From: Candidatus Latescibacterota bacterium
GTDB lineage: Bacteria; Latescibacterota; UBA2968
Reading direction: 5' to 3'
NCBI GenBank assembly: GCA_965198115.1
Contig: OZ240241.1
Location: forward strand, 1,024,001-1,088,000
DNA: 64,000 bases
The translations under genes were made by a program, and so were the position numbers. Shown in pieces: positions 57,029 to 64,000 of this stretch; position 1 is the first letter of the stretch; each line of letters opens with the position of its first letter. The notes under the pieces were generated by a model. The model had not been told where the DNA came from and did not search any database. It saw nothing but the letters and a program-made list of their open reading frames with translations.

Positions 57029-57457
57029 CTAAATTTGCTGAGTGGGAGAACCGTCACCAGTCGCTGTGGGAGATCCTTCGACAGGACGGATTCCCGGTGG
57101 TGGTGAGGTCACCGCCGTCGTTCCGTCGGAGCCGCTCGCGCTCTCTTGAGACGCCGTGGGATCGCTCTCGAGAGGCTCGTGAAGCGCTTTCTTGATGAGC
57201 ACGCCAGCTTTGAAGTAACTTTTCTTTCTGGCTGGCACGTAAACGATTTCACCCGTTCTCGGATTCCGTGCCGCCGGCTTGGGCTTGGTGTCTTTGACTC
57301 CCAAAACTCCGAACCCACGGATCTCGATACGGTTGCCGTCGATCAGGCTTTCACGCATCGCTCTGAAGAGAGTGTCGACAACCTCATAGGCGAGTTGTTT
57401 CTTGACACCCAGCTTTTCGGAAATTCTGAGTGCAAGATCCTTTTTGGTTGTGGTCAT
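57029..57457 (-). CDS. Integration host factor/HU family DNA-binding protein with a low-complexity tail
   Basis: RIEIRGFG, ARNPRTGE, FKAG. Confidence 0.92.
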   Translation of the reverse strand: MTTTKKDLALRISEKLGVKKQLAYEVVDTLFRAMRESLIDGNRIEIRGFGVLGVKDTKPKPAARNPRTGEIVYVPARKKSYFKAGVLIKKALHEPLESDPTASQESASGSDGTTAVTSPPPGIRPVEGSPTATGDGSPTQQI

Positions 57458-57730
57458 TCCTTCCTCCGAACGGGTTAAACCATCCAGTTCGCGATAATAT
57501 AGACCGGGGCACCAGATTGACGCAAAATAAAAATTTACTATGGTCTACACCGATTTTGGTCAAAAAGTGCTCAAAAACCAATAAAACACCTAAACAGAAA
57601 CAGTAGAGCATCCATTCTATTGATTTTTCTGCAATTACAAAAGTGCCTCGATCGCTTGACCCAGCCAAACCGGATTCGTTAGTTTAGGGTTGTTCTTATC
57701 TGCCGACAACCCGAGCGACGGAAAAATCTC

Positions 57731-59066
57731 TTGGTCATTCTTCTCGTCTGGGACGGTCTTCGCCCTGATTTCGTCCGTCCTGACCTGACACCCGTTCTCT
57801 GCGAATGGGCCCGTCGCGGCGTGCAGTTTGGTCGGCATCGCTCGGTGTTTCCGTCCGAGACACGCGTGAATTCCTCGTCGATCGCGACAGGATGCTACCC
57901 GGAACGCCACGGGATCGTCGCGAACCGGTTCTATTCACGAGATTTTGACGCGCTCATAGACACCGGAAATCACGAGGATCTGGAACGGCTGCGTGGATCG
58001 GCCGGGTCGATTCTGGGAGCTCCAACCGTCGCTGCACGATTGAGGGTTGCCGGCAGGAAGGTCGTCGTGGTCGGAGCGGGATCCCCTGGATCAACGCTCC
58101 TCCAGGATCCCGATGGTCCATCCTGGCTCGTGAACACGAGGGGTGTCGTCTACCCGCCTACTCTGGCGGCTGCAGTCGGAGTTCTGCCCGGGAGCGAGGC
58201 GAGTGCCGATGATTGGAACGATAAGGCCTGCTCGATCTTCCACTCAGAAATTGCTCAAAAACACGTGGATTTCGGCGTTTTGTGGCTGTGTGATCCTGAT
58301 TTCACCCAACATCACGCCGGACTGGGGGCGGGACCCTCCCTCGATGCCATTCGACGAAACGACGCCCGGTTCGCTGAGCTCATCCGCGTTCTGCCGCGGG
58401 ATGCGACACTCTTTGTCGCATCCGACCACGGATTCTCCACCGTCAGCGGAGACCCAATCGAGGGGACCTGGATCACGGATTCGGTCACTGGTGGAGCCAC
58501 ACCAGTTCCTAACGGGGCCCTTTTCGATGTCTCCACTGACGCCGCAGCGGCGGCGGAGACGCTCTTGCCCGATCGACGTATTGGCGCGCTGCTCGCCCGC
58601 CACGCAGTTGGCGGTACCTTCGGGTTCGATGAGGTTCGACTCTTTCACGCATCTCGATCGCCCGATCTTTACTTCTCGTCCGCGTGGGACCGAGAGGTGA
58701 ACGAGCACGGCATCGACGGTCGTGTCTTCGGCCCCCGTTCGTTGGCGACACACGGTTCGCTCAGTCCGTTCGATCTCCATTCAGTCCTGATCGCTGTGTC
58801 CGGGTCTGCGAGAGGGCCTGATAACGCAAAAGCCGAGCGGCGTCGTTGATATCGCTCCCACGGTGTTGACCCTTCTGGGACACACCGCCGATGGAGTTGA
58901 TGGCCGGGTTCTGACAGAGGCCTTTGACACGGGCCCCGATCCTGATGGGATCGAGGTCGAGTATTGTCGCGTGGTAACGAGCGGGGGCGGGGTGGCCCGT
59001 TACCTCGAGTTCGCCGACGTCGCCGGCTACCGCTACCTGATGGAGGGGGGCATTCAGTCTACCTGA
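57731..59066 (+). CDS. Alkaline phosphatase superfamily / nucleotide pyrophosphatase (frameshift ~58810)
   Basis: DGLRPD, FPSETRVN...TG.YP..HGIV.N, DPD.TQH, SDHG, HG. Confidence 0.8.
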
Positions 59067-59087
59067 CGGTGTACACGTGCTGATGGC

Positions 59088-59870
59088 ATGAAAATCAAAG
59101 GGTTCATCGTAGACCTGGACGGAACGGTCTATCTGGGCGATGCATTGATACCGGGCTCTGCGGAAACCATCGCCTGGATGCGCAGACGGGGGCGGGTGAT
59201 CTTTCTCTCGAACAAGCCGACCGACTCGCCCGCGGCTTACGCAGCGAAACTCTGTGGTCTCGGTGTCCCGACGGAGGACGAGGAGGTCATCACCTCCGTC
59301 GCGATTGCAATCCAATACCTTCGGGAAAACCGGCCTGGGGCTCGGTTCCATCTCATCGGCGAATCCTTCGTCGAGTCGCGACTCCTGGATGCCGGGTTGA
59401 TCGTCGGTCGGACACCAGACGAAACGGATATCGTCGTTGTTTCTCTCGATCGTGGGCTGACCTATGCGAAGCTGCATCACGCGTACCTCGCGGCTCGTGC
59501 GGGGGCCGAGGTTTACGCGACGAACCCTGACCTGGTCTGCCCGACCGATCGTGGCGGCATCATCGATGCGGGTGCCAGCATCGCCGCGCTCGAAGCCCTG
59601 ATGGGGCGGCCAGTCGACAAGGTATTCGGAAAACCTTCTCCCGAAATGGCCCACGCCGCACGTCGTCTGGCGGGCTCAACCACCGAGGAGACGTTGGTCA
59701 TCGGAGACCGAGTGGAAACGGACATCGCCATGGGGATCGAAGCCGGAATGCGAACCGCCCTCGTCCTCTCCGGAGCAACCGACTCGCAAAGCGTCGAGCG
59801 CGCATCTTTCCGTCCGGATGTGACGGTCTCCTCGCTCGCCGACTTGCCACAAGCACTGGGGGAGGGATGA
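59088..59870 (+). CDS. HAD-IIA (NagD-like) hydrolase
   Basis: DLDGT, LSN, TNPD, GKP, IGDRVETDI. Confidence 0.9.
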   Translation: MKIKGFIVDLDGTVYLGDALIPGSAETIAWMRRRGRVIFLSNKPTDSPAAYAAKLCGLGVPTEDEEVITSVAIAIQYLRENRPGARFHLIGESFVESRLLDAGLIVGRTPDETDIVVVSLDRGLTYAKLHHAYLAARAGAEVYATNPDLVCPTDRGGIIDAGASIAALEALMGRPVDKVFGKPSPEMAHAARRLAGSTTEETLVIGDRVETDIAMGIEAGMRTALVLSGATDSQSVERASFRPDVTVSSLADLPQALGEG

Positions 59871-61366
59871 CGCAAAGTCTGGCATCCGAGCTGTGGCGTG
59901 CCGCACGACAGCATCCTCACATTGCCGCGATCAGAGAACCGAATCGGGTGATGACCTACCACCGTCTGTGGACGGCTGTGAGCGCTTGTGTTGCCGATCT
60001 GGAGGGACACGGGGTGGGTCCCGGGAAACGCGTCGCTCTGATGATGCCAAATTGCCCGGAGTTCACGATTGTCTATTACGCAACGCTGGCCCTCGGGGCG
60101 GTGGTGGTCCCGCTCAACGCCTCGCTGACGGAATCTGAATCCGTCGTGCTGCTCCGTCATGCAGGTCCACACATTTTCGTGGGAGACGAGGAGCGACTGC
60201 CGCACGCTTCGGCAGCGGGGATTCCCGTTCTCCGATCGGGAGACTGGTGTGAGCGTATTGCTGAGCCAAGCAGCCCGGCGCCTGTCGATCCTTCCGAAAC
60301 GGCAGTCATTCTGTATACCTCAGGGACGACAGGCCACCCGAAGGGCGTCGAACTGACGCACCGGAATCTGACGAGGAATGCACTGTGGGTGGGGCAGTCG
60401 AGTCTCGACGGAGCACAGTGGGGGAGCACGGACACGGTTCTCGCGGCGCTACCGCTGTCTCACAGTTTTGGTCAGACATGCCTTCAGAATGCTCCCCTTC
60501 TCCACGGGGCGTCGGTTATCTATGTCGCGCGTTTCGATCCTGACCACGCCCTCGACATTCTGGTGAAGGAGAACGTGACGATCTTGGCTGCCGTTCCTCA
60601 GATGGCGCGCCTGGTCATGGAGAGCGGGAGGGAGCGAGACCTCAGACCGACGACTCTTAGATGGTGTCTGATCGGGGGGGCGCCCATACCGACAACGTTG
60701 ATCGACGCATTCGAGAAGTGGTCAGGGGCATCGGTTCTTGAGGGCTACGGCCTGTCTGAAACATCACCCGTTTGTGTTTTCAGGACACCCCAGACACCCC
60801 GGCGTCCTGGCAGCGTCGGACGTGCGATCGAGGGCGTGGAGTTGCGGTTGGCGCTACCTTCTGGTGACTCCACCGACGTTGGTGGACCGGGGGAACTTCT
60901 GGTTCGTGGGCACGTGGTGATGAAAGGCTATTTTAGACAGCCGTCAGAAACGCAGGAGGTGATACAGGAGGGCTGGCTCCGCACGGGAGATGTCGCTCGT
61001 ATCGACGAAGATGGTCTGATCTATATCGTAGATCGATTGAAGGATGTCATTCTCAGGAATGGGTACAGCGTTTACCCATCCGAAGTCGAAGCCGTCGTGG
61101 CGCGGCACCCATTGGTCGAGGACGTCGCAGTCTTTGGAGTCGCCGACGACCGGGTGGGTGAAGAGGTGGCCGCGATGGTCGTCTCCACCGGTCCGTCCCT
61201 GAGCCCCGATGCCCTCCGAGCCCACTGCGAGGCACACTTGGCTCCCTACAAGAGACCCCGGCGGATGGCATTCGTGAAGCACATCCCTCGTGGATCGAAA
61301 GGCCAGGTTCTGAGAGGACTCCTCATCGGGAATCTTGACACATCGCGCCAGGGCGCGATATATTAG
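59867..61366 (+). CDS. Long-chain acyl-CoA ligase / AMP-binding enzyme
   Basis: YTSGTTGHPKG, EGYGLSE, GWLRTGD, DRLKD. Confidence 0.92.
   Translation: MTQSLASELWRAARQHPHIAAIREPNRVMTYHRLWTAVSACVADLEGHGVGPGKRVALMMPNCPEFTIVYYATLALGAVVVPLNASLTESESVVLLRHAGPHIFVGDEERLPHASAAGIPVLRSGDWCERIAEPSSPAPVDPSETAVILYTSGTTGHPKGVELTHRNLTRNALWVGQSSLDGAQWGSTDTVLAALPLSHSFGQTCLQNAPLLHGASVIYVARFDPDHALDILVKENVTILAAVPQMARLVMESGRERDLRPTTLRWCLIGGAPIPTTLIDAFEKWSGASVLEGYGLSETSPVCVFRTPQTPRRPGSVGRAIEGVELRLALPSGDSTDVGGPGELLVRGHVVMKGYFRQPSETQEVIQEGWLRTGDVARIDEDGLIYIVDRLKDVILRNGYSVYPSEVEAVVARHPLVEDVAVFGVADDRVGEEVAAMVVSTGPSLSPDALRAHCEAHLAPYKRPRRMAFVKHIPRGSKGQVLRGLLIGNLDTSRQGAIY
61335..61364 (+). promoter_or_regulatory. Sigma70-type promoter for the STAS gene
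   Basis: TTGACA-18nt-TATATT. Confidence 0.5.
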
Positions 61367-61421
61367 GGATGGAACTGCTTGATTTTCAGTCGAATATCCA
61401 TCGATCCCCTGGGGGACCTCA

Positions 61422-61790
61422 ATGAAGATTGATGAAGAAATCCGGGGTGACGTCGCGCTCCTGTCAGTGTCCGGGGCGCTGATGTCCGGCCCCGAGGTGT
61501 CGGAGTTTCACGAACACATCAAGAGGCTTGTCAAGGACGGCATTGTCAATGTCGTGGCCGACTTTTCCAAGGTAAAGTGGTTCGGGAGTTCAATGCTCGG
61601 CGTGATGACCGCCAGCCTGACGACCCTGCGCAACGAGGGCGGGGATCTCCGTTTGACGGGCGTGACGAAAAAGATCGAGAGCATCCTGATGGTCACTCAA
61701 CTGGCGTCGATCTTCCGGACGATCGACAGCCCGGAACGGGCGATCGCCAGTTTTGCCACACAGCCGCCCGATCCCAAGCCGGAATCCTGA
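61422..61790 (+). CDS. STAS domain anti-sigma factor antagonist
   Basis: DFSKVKWFGSSMLG, GGDLRL, T.L..IF. Confidence 0.88.
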   Translation: MKIDEEIRGDVALLSVSGALMSGPEVSEFHEHIKRLVKDGIVNVVADFSKVKWFGSSMLGVMTASLTTLRNEGGDLRLTGVTKKIESILMVTQLASIFRTIDSPERAIASFATQPPDPKPES

Positions 61791-61812
61791 TTCCCAGAAC
61801 CCGATTTCCTTC

Positions 61813-61848
61813 GCCACCCTTGGGCATTGCCGAAGGGTGGCTTTTTTT
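61813..61848 (+). terminator. Intrinsic terminator
   Basis: GCCACCCTT...AAGGGTGGC-TTTTTT. Confidence 0.75.
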
Positions 61849-61859
61849 CTGGATGATCC

Positions 61860-63533
61860 GTGACCAACGACCAAATCATCGCCAGGTGGCGCGACGAGCC
61901 GGCGCCTCTGCTTTCAGTGCTTCACGCGATTCACGATCGCGATGGTCAACTTTCGGATGACGCACTCCGCGACGTCGCGGCGGGGTTGCGAATTCCGTTG
62001 GCCGACCTCTACGGGACGGTGACCTTCTATCATCATTTCTCACGTGCGCCCAGGACGATCCAAACGCCCCGTGTCTGCACGGGCCCCGTGTGTCGAACCC
62101 GTGGGGCCGACGGCATCCTGGCCGGACTCGAAGGCGCATTAGGCATGCCGTGCCCGGGACGGTGCGACGATCCCGTTCCCGTGCTGATGGCTGCCCGTGT
62201 TGAGACCCATCAGGGAAGCGACGACGTGGTCGCCCGACCTTCTGCTCTGCCTGTTCCGAACCCGGGGGGATTGGACGAATGCGTATTCCGTCACATCCGA
62301 GAGCCAGAAAGGTCCAGCCTGGCCGGATACCGACGATCGGAGGGGTATCAGGGACTCGAATCTGCCAGAGAGATAGGGCCCGAAGGGATACGCGCACTTG
62401 TCGCTGAGTCTGGTCTCGTCGGTCGGGGCGGCGCTGGATTCCCAACCGGCACAAAATGGAATGCAGTCGCGGAGGCGGATGGAGAGCCAAAAACGATCGT
62501 CTGTAACGCTGATGAAGGTGAGCCGGGCTGTTTTCAAGACCGTGCCATCATGGACTACGATCCACACGCGCTGATCGAGGGTATCCTGATTGCGGGTCTG
62601 GCCACTGGAGCCGAACGGGGCATCATCTATCTCCGTTACGAGTATCCGGACACCTTACGCACTTTGGAAAACGCGATCCTGGAAGCTCAAGAGGCGGGGT
62701 TGCTCGGGCCGGAGGCGTTCGGACCGGGGCATCCGTTCCATCTTTGTGTACGGCGCGGCGCCGGGGCATACATCTGCGGAGAAGAGACCGCCCTGCTCAA
62801 CAGTCTCGAGGGGAAGCATCCGTATCCACGCAACAGACCCCCTTACCCGGTCACGAACGGTTTCGAAGATCTCCCAACAGTGGTGAACAACGTCGAAACC
62901 CTCTCTGTCGTACCAAAGGTTATGGTTAAAGGCTCTGAGTGGTACCAGAGTCTTGGTCGAGGATCCTTCGCAGGGACCAAGGTCATCAGCGTAAGTGGCG
63001 ATGTTGAGCGGCCGGGTAACTACGAGGTACCGATCGGTTTCAGCCTGCAAGAGTTGTTACAGGAATGGGCGGGTGGCGCCCCCGACGGCGGATCGATTCA
63101 GGCGGTGACGATGGCCGGACTCTCGGGAGGTTTCCTGGCCGACGCGGACCTCGACGTGACGCTCGACGAACCAGCTATTCGCGAAAAGGGCGGCGCTATG
63201 GGAGCCGCGGGGATCATGGTGTTCGACGATCGACGGGACATGGTCGAAGTCACCCGTGATGCCATCCACTTTTTCGCCGACGAGTCGTGTGGGAAGTGCT
63301 TCCCCTGTCGAATCGGCACGCAGCGACTGTTGGAAAGACTCGACGGAAGCCACGGCCCCAAAACGTCCGAAGTCTGGCGTCGCGAGGTCGACGACATCGC
63401 GACGGTTATGAAAGCCACGAGCGCGTGTGGATTGGGCCAGGCCGCACCGCTGATCGTAGAAAGTTGTGTCCGGTATTTTCCAGAAGACATCGACGCCCAC
63501 ATTAGCCGAGGTGGAGGAACTCAGCATGCGTGA
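61860..63533 (+). CDS. NuoE-NuoF fused NAD(H)-binding flavin/Fe-S subunit (formate dehydrogenase/Hox diaphorase type)
   Basis: CTGPVC...CPGRC (2Fe-2S), GRGGAGFPTG.KW, CNADEGEPG, GAGAYICGEETAL, ESCGKCFPCR. Confidence 0.9.
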   Translation: MTNDQIIARWRDEPAPLLSVLHAIHDRDGQLSDDALRDVAAGLRIPLADLYGTVTFYHHFSRAPRTIQTPRVCTGPVCRTRGADGILAGLEGALGMPCPGRCDDPVPVLMAARVETHQGSDDVVARPSALPVPNPGGLDECVFRHIREPERSSLAGYRRSEGYQGLESAREIGPEGIRALVAESGLVGRGGAGFPTGTKWNAVAEADGEPKTIVCNADEGEPGCFQDRAIMDYDPHALIEGILIAGLATGAERGIIYLRYEYPDTLRTLENAILEAQEAGLLGPEAFGPGHPFHLCVRRGAGAYICGEETALLNSLEGKHPYPRNRPPYPVTNGFEDLPTVVNNVETLSVVPKVMVKGSEWYQSLGRGSFAGTKVISVSGDVERPGNYEVPIGFSLQELLQEWAGGAPDGGSIQAVTMAGLSGGFLADADLDVTLDEPAIREKGGAMGAAGIMVFDDRRDMVEVTRDAIHFFADESCGKCFPCRIGTQRLLERLDGSHGPKTSEVWRREVDDIATVMKATSACGLGQAAPLIVESCVRYFPEDIDAHISRGGGTQHA

Positions 63534-64000
63534 TCAACCGACGCTCACCCTCGATGGAGAAGTCGTCGCATTCTCGCCAGGCCAAACCCTCTACGAAGTG
63601 GCAGGAGCGGAGCAGCGAGAGGTGCCGACACTGTGCTATGATCCACGGCTCGAACCGTTCGGGAGTTGCCGGCTCTGCATCGTAGATGTTGAAGGGATCA
63701 GGAATCCTGTGGCTTCGTGCACGATGCGAGCACAGCCCGGCCTGGTCGTTCGCACCACCACGGAGGTCTTGGAGAAGCACCGCAGGACGCTCCTCGAAAT
63801 GGTTGTGTCAGAGAACAGGGAGGTGGAGGTCGACCCACTTCGGGGTTACGCCTCTCAGGAGCTAACGGACCTTGTCGAGCGTTACGATGTCGATCGTGGA
63901 CGTTTCGACGGAGCACATTCCGGCCAGACTTTCGAGGACGATGACAATCCGTTCATTCTGAGGGACTACGACCTCTGTATTTCCTGTAATCGATGTGTGC
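63526..64000 (+). CDS. 2Fe-2S/4Fe-4S subunit (NuoG/HoxU/FdhA N-terminal type), runs off the window
   Basis: VPTLC......GSCRLCIV...ASCT, RDYDLCISCNRCV; GGAGG RBS. Confidence 0.85.
   Translation, partial: MRDQPTLTLDGEVVAFSPGQTLYEVAGAEQREVPTLCYDPRLEPFGSCRLCIVDVEGIRNPVASCTMRAQPGLVVRTTTEVLEKHRRTLLEMVVSENREVEVDPLRGYASQELTDLVERYDVDRGRFDGAHSGQTFEDDDNPFILRDYDLCISCNRCV

Noticed and set aside
61860-64000. NuoEF fusion as respiratory complex I or a novel system
   Set aside because: It fits known soluble diaphorase modules of formate dehydrogenase/Hox enzymes; the catalytic subunit is outside the window.

Overview
A GC-rich bacterial chromosomal window. The FlgD/T9SS-like C-termini and cohesin/EF-hand-dockerin surface proteins suggest an FCB-group organism such as Ca. 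Latescibacterota/Handelsmanbacteria (inference). It holds (i) a giant PPC-repeat/cohesin/dockerin surface protein, (ii) catabolic and transport genes (SDRs, RraA-like, desaturase-like, ClC-CBS, Ldh_2, AKR, enolase-superfamily dehydratase, HpcH aldolase, MacB-type permease), (iii) a core block ruvX-mltG-pcrA-gatC-pyrG-lptC-lptA-lptB-rpoN, (iv) two receiver-TM proteins and two lamin-tail-domain surface proteins preceded by sigma54-type promoters, and (v) HDOD, IHF/HU, phosphatases, an acyl-CoA ligase, STAS and a NuoEF/2Fe-2S oxidoreductase pair. Seven mobile insertions are present: three ISL3 copies, IS630, IS256, IS1380 and an 802-bp non-coding element with IS21-like ends. Six have identifiable target duplications; the IS630 ends are approximate. 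The most striking observation is the 802-bp element, which splits the ClC gene and carries a segment resembling a phage cos packaging site plus an IHF-like site. Many single-base frameshifts look like long-read indel errors. No rRNA, tRNA or CRISPR array was seen.
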